NCBI RefSeq assembly: GCF_963921235.1
Contig: NC_086098.1
Span: forward strand, 5,580,001 to 5,644,000
Source of the DNA: Mobula hypostoma
Lineage: Eukaryota
Direction of reading: 5' to 3'
Length of the DNA stretch: 64,000 bases
The notes below the pieces were generated by a model. That model was not told the DNA's origin. It did not search any database and saw nothing but the letters and a program-made list of their open reading frames with translations. This document shows, piece by piece, positions 1 to 12,290 of this stretch (position 1 is the first letter of the stretch; every line of letters begins with the position of its first letter). A program made the position numbers and the translations under genes.

Positions 1-530
1 CCCTGGCACCTGGGAGGCGCGTTTCTTTCCTGCTCCACAAAATTGTCTATCTCTCCCCTAACTATAGAGTCCCCTGTTACTGCTGCCACCCTCTTCCATT
101 TCCTAACCTTCTGAGCCACAGGGCCAGACTCAGTGCCTGAGGCATGGCCACATTTGCTTGCCCCAGGTAGGTCATTCCCTCCAACAGTACTCAAAATGGA
201 GTATTATTGTTAAGGGGGATGGCCACCGGGGTGCTCTCCGCTATCTGATACTCTCCCTTCCCTCTCCAGACAGTCACGCACTTATCTATCTCCTGTGGCC
301 ACGGTGTGACTACCTGCCTGTAGCTCCTATCGATCACTTCCTCACTTTCCATAACAAGCTGAAGGTCCTCGAGCTTCAGCTCCATTTCCCTAACTCGGTC
401 TCTAAGGAGCCGACGCTTGATGTATCTGGTGTAGATGTGGCTATTGGAGAGGCTGGAAGTCTCCTGGATATCCCACATCTGACAGCCAGAGTAGAAAACT
501 GGCCTTGCAATCACACCCACTCTTCTTAAG
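1..530 (-). mobile_element. CR1 LINE ORF1 fragment (zinc-finger/coiled-coil region into the esterase)
   Basis: ORF 191-520 contains LLRDRVREMELKLEDLQLVMESEEVIDRSYRQVVTP...ESTPVAIPLNN, homologous to the CR1 ORF1 pieces at 37701-38572 and 57243-57928. Confidence 0.85.
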
Positions 531-559
531 TTACAGGAAAAAATAGATATGAAAGTAAT

Positions 560-815
560 TTAGAAACATAGAAAACCGACAGCACAATACAGGCCCGTCA
601 GCCCACAATGCTGTGCCGAACATATACTTATTTTCGAAATTACCCTCTATTTTTCTAAGCTCCATGTACTCATCTAGGAGTCTCTTAAAAGACCTTATTG
701 AATCCGCCTCCGCCACCATCGCTGGTAGTCTATTCCATGCACTCACCACTCTCTGTGTAAAAAAAACTTACCCCTGCCAGCTCCTCTGTACCTATCTGCA
801 AGCTCTTTAAAACTG
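560..815 (-). mobile_element. CR1 3' end fragment
   Basis: VSAWNRLPAMVAEADSIRSFKRLLDEYMELRKIEG followed by the CR1 3' UTR and a (TTCTATGT)-type tail. Confidence 0.85.
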
Positions 816-1089
816 TGCCCTTGGCGAGGTTATTTAACATCCTCACTGAAGCCCTGATGAGCCAAAGCCCTATTACTCTGACTCACACTACTCCATTGAC
901 CAATCCACTAGGCAGTGTCTCCCTTTTATCCCGGAACCTTCGCAACAGCCTTGTGCAAATGACGAGCTACTGCGTCTGCGCACACCTCCCAATCAAATCT
1001 CCCGCTGAAAGAAACTCCTCGCATTTTAAATATTCTCAGTGGCCTTGTGCAATGTCAAGCTACTGTGTCTGCACACTTCTCCCATTCAA

Positions 1090-1330
1090 AGATCAGCAGT
1101 TTCTGAGATACTCAAATCACCGCATATGGTACCAACAATCATTCCACAGTCAACGGCACTTAAATCATATTTATTCCCCGTTCTGATGTTTGGTCTGAAC
1201 AACAACTTAACCTCTTGACCATGTCTGAATGCTTTTTTTGCATTGAATTCCTGCCACATGATTGGCTGATTAGATACTTACATTAATGAACAGGAGTGTA
1301 CAGGCGTACCTAATAGTGTAGACACTGAAA
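1090..1330. mobile_element. Tc1/mariner-like non-autonomous element, terminal fragment
   Basis: Closely similar to 46715-46945 and ends in a decayed TIR (gtacctaatagtgtagacactga versus gtacctaataaaatggccactgagtg). Confidence 0.6.
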
Positions 1331-1959
1331 TTCAATTAATTACAAAATTAACTATGTATTCTAAAGCATTTACTTGCCACATTTTCTTTGGAGGTTGTTT
1401 CATTGTTTTCTGGTGATCTTAGAACAATAATTTACTGGATTGTTGGCCTGTCAGGTAAGTCATATTAAAATAATAGAGATTGCAACCTGTAAAGCGTTTT
1501 ATTACTCCACACTATATTGTTGAAATGTGGCGAGTTTGTAACATTATTGACATGTACAGATTCTTGTCAGTAAATTTAAAATCATTAAATGTGCCTTTTC
1601 CCCCCATTTTATGTGTTATGTTCACAACTAGCACTGACAAGTTTTATATAAGTAATTGAAGCTGTCAGAGTAAGTAACTAATAGTCAAGAATTCAATTCT
1701 CTCCACTAACATTTTCTCCTTTTCTGTCCTGAAGCTATTGACTTACAGCAAAGTATGGTTCCCATCATACTTCATCAAATTGACTCTTCTTTTTGTGCAG
1801 CCTGCTTACACATTTTGGCAAATTATTCAGCCAATGCCGATTTTGCCTGAGGTTCACATTACAGCAGTCCAATGTACTCGTGCATGGATTTCCATAGAGC
1901 ACCGAACATAGAACACCGCAGAGAAGTACAGGCTCTTCGGCCGACAAAGTTTTGCCGTC

Positions 1960-2175
1960 CTTTTAGCAATCATTGAGAATATCTACAAAGAGCACTGACA
2001 CAAGAAAGCAGCATCCATCATCAAGGAAACCCACCCCACCCCAGGTCCACCCATCCAGGTCAAGCTCTGTTCTTACTGTTGCATCGGGAAGGTGGTACAA
2101 GGGCCTTAGGTTCAGGAACAGTTGTAACCCTTCAACCATCAGGCTCCTGAAACAGAATGGGTAACTCACTCACCA
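1960..2175 (+). mobile_element. Rex1/Babar-type LINE 3' fragment
   Basis: C-terminal motif GRWY..RFRNSCNPSTIRLL, shared with the other Rex1 ends in the window. Confidence 0.7.
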
Positions 2176-2559
2176 CTTTTTGTTCATGGTAGCTGTTCAA
2201 ATGTGTATCTGTGTTATTGATCAGTAAATTATCACATGATAATGAACTGCTGTGTGTTTGTTCTTGCAGGAACGTGGCTCCAGGACAACATCTCATACAC
2301 CATCAGTCTACAGACTATGACTCTCAGGGACTTGGGCTATATTGTATATATTTTTGACTGCATGTTTTTCTGCTCTGGTCACAATATATCCTATATGAGC
2401 TATGTGCGGGGTGCTGTGTGTGACTGTGGGTACTATTATTTGTACCTTGGCCCTGGGGTAATGCGGTTTGTTTGGCTGTATTCGCGTATTTGGTTGAATG
2501 AAAATTAAACATGACCTTGAACTTGAAATCTTTTATGATCAAATGCGAGTTGGTTTTCC

Positions 2560-3000
2560 TGTGTCATTGTAGTAGTGCCATCACTGCAGTCGAGTATGAT
2601 GTTCTCCTAAGGGGTTGTCTATTGCTGGTTTGTCATGTGCCCACAGAGGCCAATCTGGGATCCGCATATTCCAGTGTAGCGAGGGCAAGAGAAAGTGGTG
2701 GCTGTGGTTACTGTTGGGTCTTGTTTGCTCAGACCCTCCTTTGTCAGCTGCTGCTTGTTCTCTGTGGCACAGCAGATGTCGTTTTCGTGTAGACCAGCTT
2801 CCCTTTTGAACAGATCTCCTTCAGGCACTTCTATTGAGTACAATGTCTTCCCTGGTTTTAGCTGTAATGTTGAATTTCTTCAGGCTGATTTTGATGTTAT
2901 CGTTGAAGTGTTTCCTTTGCCCACCAGGGGCTCGTGGACCTTCCTTCAACTGGGAGTGAAGGATCTGCTTGGAGAGACACGAGTTACACACACAGACGAC
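2560..3000 (-). mobile_element. RTE-clade LINE 3' end
   Basis: Minus-strand translation SKQILHSQLKEGPRAPGGQRKHFNDNIKISLKKFNI plus a terminal zinc-finger-like CPRYTGICGSQIGLCGH. Confidence 0.75.
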
Positions 3001-3479
3001 CTCAGTCTCAGCTCAACGGGATTCCCGTGGATTTCTGGGAAGGATTTAAAATCTCAGTGTTGCATCAACATCAACAACACTCAGGAATTCTACTGTGAAT
3101 CAAAGTTTAAAATTTCAAAGTTCAAAGTAAATTTATTATTAACGTACATAAACATTACCATTTACTGCCTTGAGATTCTTTTTTCTTTGTGGACTTTCAC
3201 AATCAATACAATAAATTGCACTCAAATCAATGAAAAACTATGCACAGACAAAGATGGACAAACAACCAATGTGCAAAAAACAAAAAAATTGTGCCAATGC
3301 AAAATTAAAAAAGGAATAATAAATAAGAATTACATAATATAGCAAACATGAGTTGTAGAGACCTTGAAAATGAGTCCATCAGTTGTGAAATAAATTCAGT
3401 GCAAGTTCAATGGGGAAAATGGCCCTTGTACTTCACATAAATGGGGAGGGAGAGACTTATCTCCACCCCGTCATACAGA

Positions 3480-3862
3480 AAGAGGTATATAAGCTGATAA
3501 GAGGCATAGATCGAGTAAACAGTCAGTGAAATTTTCACCGGATGGAAAGAGCAAATGCGAGGTGGAGGGGGGGGAGCGCATGTTGCTAAGGTGATTAGAG
3601 GAATGACTATGGAGATGTCAGAGAAAGGATTTTTACACAGATTGTGCACCCACAGTGGGTACATGGATTGCTCTGCCAGGGATGGTGGTAGAGGCAGATA
3701 CATTAGGGACATTTCAGAGACTCTTATAGGCACATGAATGATAGAAAACTGGAAGTCTATGTAGGAGGATAGGGTTAGATTGATCCTGGAGTAGGTTTAA
3801 AGGTCAGCACAGCATTGTGTGCCAAAGGACCTGAACTGTGCTGTAGTGTTCTGTGTTCTATG
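3480..3862 (+). mobile_element. Decayed CR1 3' end
   Basis: gaggtatataagctgataagaggcatagatcgagta... followed by a CR1 3' UTR ending tgttctgtgttctatgt. Confidence 0.75.
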
Positions 3863-4009
3863 TGCTTTAGGCTATTATTTTAATACATTTATTTGTCATT
3901 CAAGTTTCAGCAGTAGATTCTCACTTGCACCTGAGACCAAGAAAATCATCACAATGGTGTAATCATATGAAACAAATCAAACACGGTGACATGATACATA
4001 AAGCAGAGG

Positions 4010-5039
4010 TGTCACAGTGGGGCGCTAGGATCGGACCCAAATGCAAGACACAGACACTGAAGTACAAGGAACAGGACTTGACTAGAGTAGGGACGTGACC
4101 GGATACAGGCAAGGAGCAGGGACAAAAATGAAGACTTGGGCTTGGGAAGGCAGGACCAGGACTAGGAACCATGGACTAGGAGACAAGGTTTGGTCTCCAA
4201 GCCAGAGACTGGACAAGGACCCAGAATCTGGGTCTTGCCTCGTGCTCAGACCCCAGAACCAGGCAAGGACATGATATGGCTTCAGGACAGCACATGGCTA
4301 GGGTCTAGAGGCCTGAGCTTGGAGACAGGCTGGAGTCTTTGCTCTTGAGGCTTGAGGCTGTGAGCTTGGCTGCAGGCTGGGGTCTTGGGTCTTGAGCTTG
4401 GCTGCAGGCTGGGGTCTTCAGGCTAGTGTTCTTGGAGCTTGGCTTGGGATCCTCAAGGCTTGGGTTCTTGGAGCTTCTCCTGGGCTGGACACGGAACTTC
4501 ACCCCACAGGGGGAAGGACAGGGAGAGACAGATCCAACCACAGGGTAACAGCAATCAGCCTGGCTTACCCAACAAAGGCAAGGGACAGGAAGGGACAGAA
4601 CCAACCACAGGGTAACGGCAATTGCAGCCTGACTTACCCAGCAGAGGCAAGGACAGGAAAGGAGCTCAATCCAGGGTGGCTCTGAGTCTCAGAGCAGCCA
4701 GCAACCTTGGCTGGCTACAGAAACAGCCAAATCCATACCACGCTGACTGCTCCAACGAGTGGCAACAAGGCTGCATGAAGTGGTGGTTCTCCAACCAGGC
4801 CTAGAAATCATGCATGGTTTCACTAGCCTTCCATCAGCAAGTTGCTCCAAGGGGGACTGACAAGACAAACCAGCAGCCCAAACTCAACCCCAAGGCTACT
4901 TATATTCCAAGCCTAAAGATGGGAATCAGGTGCCTATGATTAACTTAACCAAACGAGGGACATCTGGAAGACCCGGAGTCCTGAGTCCACAGACCGGACC
5001 GTGAACCGGAATGCGGACATTACGGACCGGGCCATGACA
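4010..5039 (-). mobile_element. Solo LTR (~1.03 kb) inserted into a CR1 3' fragment
   Basis: TGTCAC...ATGACA termini; 5-bp TSD agagg (4005-4009) / ggagg (5040-5044); internal tandem repeats; the host CR1 sequence aaagcagagg|ttgatacgttc rejoins across it; strand inferred from a TATA-like motif near 4900. Confidence 0.75.
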
Positions 5040-6276
5040 GGAGGTTGATACGTTCTTTATTCGGCAGGGTGTCAAAGATTTACGGGGAGAAGGCAGGAAA
5101 ATGGGGTTGAGAGGGAAAATAAATCTGCCATGATGGAATGGCAGAGCAGACTTGAAGGTCTGAATAACTAATTCTGCTCCTATGTTTTATAGTCTGATGG
5201 TTGTAAATGTTCTTTCGTTCTTGTTTGGTCATGAGGAATATTACAGAACTACATAGAATGTGTAAAATCATGAATATTTGCAGAGAATAAGAGCAAGTTT
5301 TATCCAAGCGAATTATGTATTTAATTTCTGAAAAAGCTGAAAGTATAGCAATTATATTCTTAGTCTTTTATTTATTATTGAAAATAAATGGTTTGGAAAT
5401 GAATAATTTACTAGATTAATTTTGTAATTTTATAATCAAATGCAATTTATGTTTTTCACTAAATTTATTAATTTCAGAGCAGGGTTGCAACATGTCTAGC
5501 TTCCTGCAATTGCTTAATTAGCACCATTTTGAATCCTATACTGGAAGTATAAACTCAGTCCCTTTAATTGGGGGGCTGAACTTATAATGTTGAAATGTGA
5601 CAAAAGAACTATCAAGTGAGCCAGGTGGAATTTCTATCCTGTGAATAGCTCTCTTATCTCATTCAGATAAAGTTGACTCCATAACTCCATTATACGTATC
5701 TACAGAAGGAAATGAAAATTTAAATTAAAAAACCCTAAAGGCATGGCATGATTTACGTCATTAATCCTCTGTTCAATTCTTTGGATCAAGCTGAAAGAAA
5801 ATTAAATAAAAATGTTGCCCCAGATTTAATGCAATCTCCCATTAGGGAATTATTATTTCTAATTTCTTCCGGAAGGGTAACTGCAATTGATGACTAACAA
5901 GCTGCTCCCAATGACTTACTCACTTGCCAGAGAGCAACGACCATTTCAAAACTCAAAGCCCAAAGTCAATTTATTAATAGAATGCACATGTGTCACCATA
6001 TACAATCCCAGAGATTAATTTTCTTGTGAGCATTTGCAGGAAATACAAGCAACACAATAGTCAATAAAGTACCACACTCAACAGGATGGATCAATGTGCA
6101 AAAGACAGCAAACTGTGCAAATACAAAATGAGAACAAAACCAAAATAATAATAATTAAACAAGCAATAAATATTGAGAACATGAGTTGTAGAGTCCTTGA
6201 GAGTGAACCTATAGGTTGTGCGAACAGTTCGGTGTTGAGGAGAGGGAAGCTGTCCAGTTTGATTCAAGAGCCTGAT

Positions 6277-6925
6277 GGTTGATTCTGTGGTGAGGAAGGC
6301 AAATGCAATGTTAGCATTCATTTCAAGAGGACTAGAATATAAAAGCATGGTGACACCTCACTTGGAGTATTGTGAGCAGGTTCGGGCCCCTTATCTTAGA
6401 CAGGATGTGCTGAAACTGGAGAGGATTCTAAGGAGGTTCACAAAAATGATTCCATGATTGAATGGATTGTCGTATGAAGAGTGTTTAATGACTCAGGACC
6501 TGTATTCACCAGAATTCCGAAGAATGGGGCATGCCCTCATTGAAACCTATTGAATGGTGAAAGGCCTTAATAGGGTGGATGTGGAGAAGATGTTTCCTGT
6601 GGTGGGAGAGTCTAAGACCAGAGGACACAGCCTCAGAATAGAGGGGCATCCTTTTGGAATGGAGATGTGAGGGAATTTCTTTAGCCAGAGAGAGGAGAAT
6701 CTGTGGAATTCATTGCCACAGGCAGCTGTGGAGGCCAAGTCTTTGTGTATATTTAAGGAAAAGATAGATAGGTTCTTGACTGGTCAGGGCATGAAGGGAT
6801 ACCCGGGGGAAAGGAAGGAGACTGGGGCTGAGAGGAAAATTGGATCAGTCATGATGAAACAGCGGAGCAGATTCGATGGGCCAAATGGCCTAATTCTGCT
6901 CCTATATCTTATGGTCATGGTCCTA
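6277..6925 (+). mobile_element. CR1 RT 3' fragment, nested in a Rex1-type 3' region (about 5950-7040, minus)
   Basis: VDSVVRKANAMLAFISRGLEYK...PHLEYCEQV, with a tail ending cttatggtcatggtcctatgg. Confidence 0.85.
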
Positions 6926-7184
6926 TGGGCAGTAACTGTTCCTGAACTTGGTGGAGTGAGTCCTGAGGTTCCTTTACCTCTGTCCTGATGGCAGCAGCGA
7001 GAAGAGAGCATGGCCTAGATGGTGGGACTCCTTGAAGTTTTATGCTGCTTTCTTGTGACAGCAGTGAGGAAAACACAAGATCTGATTTACACATCTATGC
7101 AGTCATCTAATTTTATTAGATAGCAATAGGACACTACAATTGACCTTTTTACCCCAGAAAAAATAATCACAGATCTCATGGAAA

Positions 7185-7935
7185 ACCCAACAGAAAGTGA
7201 TGGATATAGCCCAGATCATCACAGAAAAACCTTCCCCACCACTAAGCACATCCACAAGTAGCACTGCCACAAGATAGCAATATCCATCATCACAAACAAG
7301 AGAAAAGCTGCAGATGCTCGAAATCCACACAACACACACAAAGTGCTGGAGGAACTCAGAAGGCCAAGAGCGTCTATGAAAAAGAGTAAACAGTCGAAGT
7401 TTCAGGCCGAGACCCTTCAGTGGAACTGACGAAGGGTCTCAGCCCAAAATGTCAACTGTTTACTCTTTTCCATAAATTCTGCCTGGCCTGCTGAGTTCCT
7501 TCAGCATTTTGTGTAGATCAAGGACCCCCAGGTTCTAGGACACTTCTCACTACTGCAACCGGGAAGGACACCACCAGGTTCAGGAACAGTTATTATTCTT
7601 CAGCATTCAGGCTCCTGAACCTGCGTGTGTAACTTCACACTTCAACACTGAGCTGAATCCACAACCTACAGACGCACTTTCAAGGACTCTACAACTCATG
7701 TTCTCAATATTATTCAATTTATTAGTTTATTTATTTATTACTATTTATATCATTTGATCTTAGTATTGTATTTGCACAGTTTGTCTTCATTTGCATGTTG
7801 GTTGTCTGTCAGTCTTTGTGAGTAGTTTTTCATTGATTCTTTAGTATTTCTTTGTTCTTCTGTGAATGCCTTCACGAAAGTGAGCTCAAGGCAGTACACA
7901 TACTTTGATTTTAAATTTTCTTTGAACTTTGAACC
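7185..7935 (+). mobile_element. Rex1/Babar 3' end, interrupted by a Penelope-derived fold-back at 7292-7515
   Basis: Host sequence atccatcatca|...|atcaaggacccc rejoins; (TTTGAAC)-type tail near 7920-7933. Confidence 0.7.
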
Positions 7936-8099
7936 TGTGATGAAAGAGTTGACATTTGGGACATTGAGCAAGTTGGTTTTAAGGAGGATGCTGGGATGAT
8001 GATTCTCTTGGTGGGAGCTTCCATAACTAGGCTTGCGTAGCTTTAAAATTTGATGTTGGTCATTTAAGGCGAAAGAACGTAATGACTTCTTTTGACCAT

Positions 8100-8558
8100 T
8101 GAGGCTCTCCGCTGGTTGGGGAAAATGTTGTGCCTTAGCTGCCTATATTGCCAATACGACAGCCAGGGCTGTACGACATGGAGAGCAAGCTGTTGCCCAT
8201 GCGGCAGGCTGCCCCTCTGTATGCAGCTGATGAATCCCAAAGCCTTCCCCATGAGTAGGTATAGCCACAAGGCCACAGAGGATTGAAATTAGAGCTCTTC
8301 TTCTCCTAGATGAGGAGCCAACTACAGCTGACGAGCTCCATTTGTCTGAAGTGACTGGTTTTAAGATGCCGGTAACCCACCTCTTCCCCTTCTTCTGCCA
8401 GTGGAAACAGTTCTGCCAGGCTCAGTAGCTAAGCCACACGTGAAGTCCAGGAGCTGGACTAGGTTGTCTGAGGCTATTTGAGGAACACACCATTGGGAGG
8501 TAGTGGGAGTTCATCCCCACTCTCCCCAAACCCACACCTACAACAACATTAGGGAACC
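8100..8558 (-). mobile_element. Non-autonomous RTE-derived element
   Basis: Homologous to 35449-35995 and 14680-14757; its 3' half is shared with the tRNA-RTE SINEs. Confidence 0.65.
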
Positions 8559-8729
8559 TTCTTTCGACCAATGTAATCTAAACTGTTATTATAATCAATT
8601 CTATTTATGTGTATAGCTTCATTTTTGTGTAATCCCAGAGCTCTATATTGTAACAGTACAAAACAATAAAATAGTTTGCTGTGAGTTACAAAGTGATTTC
8701 CTCAGACACAATGTGATCAATTTCATTCA

Positions 8730-9015
8730 TGTCAGGCCTGCACAGGCTGGCACCGCCCAGCTAGGACTCATTTCCTACTCATCTCCGCAGCCTATTTAAA
8801 CCCAGCTCCCACTCATTGTTCGCCCATTCAATCAGTCAGCCTCAACCAGTTGCTCCTAGCCTTCAGCTACGTTATTGCATTGTTGTGTTTCTTTACTTGT
8901 TTTGTGGTCCCTTGTGGCTTGTTATTTTGCAGTTTTGTTATTGAAATTACCATTCATAGCTGAATCATCTCCGCTGTTCTGCATTTGGTTCAAACCTCCT
9001 CTAAATTTCCTGACA
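8730..9015 (+). mobile_element. Short solo LTR (286 bp)
   Basis: TGTCAGG...CCTGACA inverted termini; TATTTAAA near 8793; flanks attca/atttg. Confidence 0.7.
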
Positions 9016-9234
9016 ATTTGTCAGATTAGACATGCGCAATTATAAAAAGCATATTCAAAATACTCTGGCATTTTCTGCTCAATTAACTGTTTTATGTCTA
9101 CAGAAAGGCAAAATAATTTCAGAAAATAAGTTGAATGTTACATGGCAGGATGTGCAGCTAACTGTTATTCTGATCATTGTGGGAAGTTTTGTTTTACTTT
9201 TTTAATTTAGGAATACAAGTCATCTCAGACCATT

Positions 9235-9390
9235 TACACCCATGTGACTAATTAACCTCCGGACCAGTACATGATTTGGACTCTGGGAAATTGCAGCACT
9301 CGGAGAAAACGGACAGAGTAATGGGGAGAACATACAAATTCCTTTCAGGCAGCAGTGGAATTGAAACCAGATCGCTAGTGCTGTAGTACT
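9235..9390 (-). mobile_element. V-domain tRNA SINE, decayed
   Basis: Reverse complement of the V-SINE body gtttgtatgttctcccc...ttttctccgagtgctgc. Confidence 0.6.
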
Positions 9391-9467
9391 TACCAGTAGA
9401 GAGTAGCTGTCCGGGCTTTTTGAACCCTCGGTGACTTAGGGCTGTGAAGACTGGATATGGTTGACTT

Positions 9468-10022
9468 AGAAACCTGGAAACATAGAAAACCTACAGCACA
9501 ATACAGGCCCTTCAGCCCACAAAGCTGTGCCGAACATGTTCTTACCTAAGAAATTACCTGCCCTCTATTTTTCTGAGCTCCATGTACCTATCCAGGAATC
9601 TTTTGAAAGACCCTCCACCATTGCTGCCGGCAACCCATTCCACGCGCTCACCACTCTCTGCGTAAAAAACTTACCCCTGACATCTCCTCTGTACCTGCTT
9701 CCAAGCATCTTAAAACTGTGCCCTCTTGTGCTAGCCATCTCAGCCCTGGGAAAAAGCCTCTGACTATCCACACGATCAATGCCTCTCATCATCTTGTACG
9801 CCTCTTTCAGGTCACCTCTCATCCTCTGTCGCTCCAAGGAGAAAAGGTCGAGTTCGTTCAACCTATTCTCATCTCCTATGCACCCTTTCTATGGTTTCAC
9901 ATCCTTCCTGTAGTGAGGTGACCAGAACTGAGCACAGTACTCCAAGTGGGGTCTGACCAGGGCCCTACATAGCTGTAACATTACCTCTTGGCTGCTAAAC
10001 TCACTATTAATGAAGGCCAATA
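9468..10022 (-). mobile_element. CR1 3' fragment
   Basis: [21 protein letters not shown]...MRGDLKEAYKMMRGIDRVDSQRLFPRAEMASTRGH. Confidence 0.9.
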
Positions 10023-10029
10023 CACCTCT

Positions 10030-10310
10030 GACTTCTTGGAGGAAACCTCCAGTTGGTTCAATGGGCAGAAAGGCATTTCGCAAAATGTGTTGTGGTGCAC
10101 AAAGAGTACCGCAAGTCACGTAGATCGTACTGGTCATCCCCTATCTCCAGTCATTTTGACTCTTATCTTGTCACTGGATCCGGATAGGCTTGGACGAGAG
10201 AGATTGATGACCTGCACACTTCTACCTCACTCTAATCAAACACTCACGTGCAAATCTCGACATCCAAACAAACACACCCATCCAAAGATGTCAATCCACT
10301 CGTGACGGAT
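10030..10310 (+). mobile_element. Diverged, 5'-truncated relative of the ribozyme-bearing element at 36938-37505
   Basis: ctggtcatcc...atctccag...actct..tcttg.cactggatcc...gagagag...tctcgaca blocks are collinear with 37300-37450. Confidence 0.6.
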
Positions 10311-10329
10311 CTGCACACGTGCACACGTG

Positions 10330-10710
10330 ATCCGCCTATTATGCTGCTGGCGTTTAGGGCAGCCATGAAGATCCTCCATCTGTAACGGTGTTCAGGGCTT
10401 CCTTCATCATGTCAGTAACTTCCTCATGGTTTTCACTTCTGTCAGTCATGCATGTCCTGGGTGGAGACTGTCACACTGATATGCAGAAGGATTCTTCATT
10501 GCTGTTACCATAACTATTTTGTTTTACCTGCCAAGGTTGTTAGCCCTGAGATGAACCCCTGAACCTGGGGGACCGGTAGGCCACTCTTAGTCTGTCCCCT
10601 ACCCTTTGACCTGTTTGGCATGAGTGACCCTACCAAAGCCTTGGGTCCAGCCAACACAACTCTCTGGGTCATTAAGGCATGCCACGACAAAGTTGTGGTC
10701 TTCTTGGAGG
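10330..10710 (-). mobile_element. Non-autonomous RTE element (Rex3/Expander-like)
   Basis: Minus strand ggtagggtcactcatgccaaacaggtcaaagggtaggggacagactaagag resembles Expander/Rex3 5' regions as I recall them. Confidence 0.55.
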
Positions 10711-11779
10711 CAGCAGTACTGTAATATCATTCTCAGCAACTGCTACACTACCGTGTCTCCAATTAATAAATCCTACATTTGGTCCAGAGTACTTAACCTG
10801 CAAAAATAAATTATTGAAATTTATCAATCAAAAATTAAATCTTCTTTCCAGTCTGATACTGTAGTCCACTCAAAATTTAAGCTTCTTTTTGAAAAAAGAA
10901 TGAAAGTTGGGCTACTGACAGGAGGGCCTGTCCATCCATCGAAAGTTACCTTGGACAAGTCATCTCACACTCAGAACACATTTACTGTGCTAACTATCAC
11001 CACATTAGAACACAGAATATGATCTTAAAATCCTCTATTCCTAAGTACTTCTGGGTCTTAGGTCCTGCTCATGTTCTGATAGATCCAGAATCTTTGTCCA
11101 TTCTTCCTATGACGTTGGCTCAACTTGTGCTCTTCCTATGCTTAAGGTAATGGTATTTGTTTGTTAAAGTCAAAGTTAAAGTATACTTTAATTTATTATC
11201 AAAGTATATATACCACATATAACCTTGAGATTTATCTCCTTTCAGGCAATCACGAGACAAAGAAGCCCAATGGAACCCATTAAGAAAAAGAACATTAAAC
11301 ACCCAAAGGGCAGGAAAAAAACAAATCATCCAAACAATAAAAGCAAGTAAACATCCTTAAGTTCACAAAAGTGAGCCCACAGCTGCAAAGTCATCCCTGC
11401 AGTCTTAGTTCAGCACAGAGACGAGTAATCCACATGGAACAACTTTGTACCCATTGTCACGTGTACCTAGATAGATTGGAAAGCTTGGCTTCATACCGCT
11501 AATGCAGATCAAATCATTCCACAATTCACTGAGGAAGAACAAGGTAAAGCAATAACAATGCCGATACAGAGAAAGTAGAGTGCAGGTAAACGATAAAGTG
11601 CAAGTTCATAACAAAGTGGTTTGTGAAGTCAAGACTCCTTCCTGTCATACAGGAGGTCCATTCAAGTGTCTGATTACATGGAACAGAATCCGTCCTTGAC
11701 CTGGTAGACCCTCCTCTCCTGGAGGGTCAGACACCCTGAACCAATAGGCTGGTCCTGGACTTATTTCCTGGCATAATTT

Positions 11780-12290
11780 ACATAGAAACATAGAAAATAG
11801 GTGCAGGAGTAGGCCATTCGGCCCTTCGAGCCTGCACCGCCATTTATTATGATCATGGCTGATCATCCAACTCAGAACCCAGCCTTCCCTCCATACCCCC
11901 TGACCCCTGTAGCCACAAGGGCCATATCTAACTTCCTTTTAAACATAGCTAATGAACTGGCCTCAACAGTTTGCTGTGGCAGAGAATTCCACAGATTCAC
12001 CACTCTCTGTGTGAAGAAGTTTTTCCTAATCTCGGTCCTAAAAGGCTTCCCCTCTATCCTCAAACTGTGACCCCTCGTTCTGGACCTCCCCAACATCGGG
12101 AACAATCTTCCCGCATCTAGCCTGTCCAATCCCTTTAGGATCTTATACGTTTCAATCAGATCTCCCCTCAATCTTCTAAATTCCAACGAGTACAAGCCCA
12201 GTTCATCCAGTCTTTCTTCATATGAAAGACCTGCCATCCCAGGAATCAATCTGGTGAACCTTCTTTGTACTCCCTCTATGGCAAAGATGT
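11780..12290 (-). mobile_element. Young CR1 3' fragment inserted in a Rex1 3' UTR
   Basis: Uninterrupted ORF 11872-12249; nearly identical to 17094-17668. Confidence 0.9.

Noticed and set aside
1741..1900. Splice-like signals on both strands
   Set aside because: No frame gives a consistent acceptor-exon-donor with a recognisable peptide
2695..3342. 215-aa plus-strand ORF
   Set aside because: Antisense to an RTE 3' end and running into a Rex1-type 3' UTR; no protein motif
4180..4700. Spaced direct repeats that could suggest a CRISPR-like array
   Set aside because: They are internal tandem duplications of a solo LTR with no unique spacers, in a eukaryotic context
10777..10797. Possible 21-nt minus-strand microexon (tttttgcag|GTTAAGTACTCTGGACCAAAT|gtagga)
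   Set aside because: Weak donor, adjacent to a SINE head, and no other support
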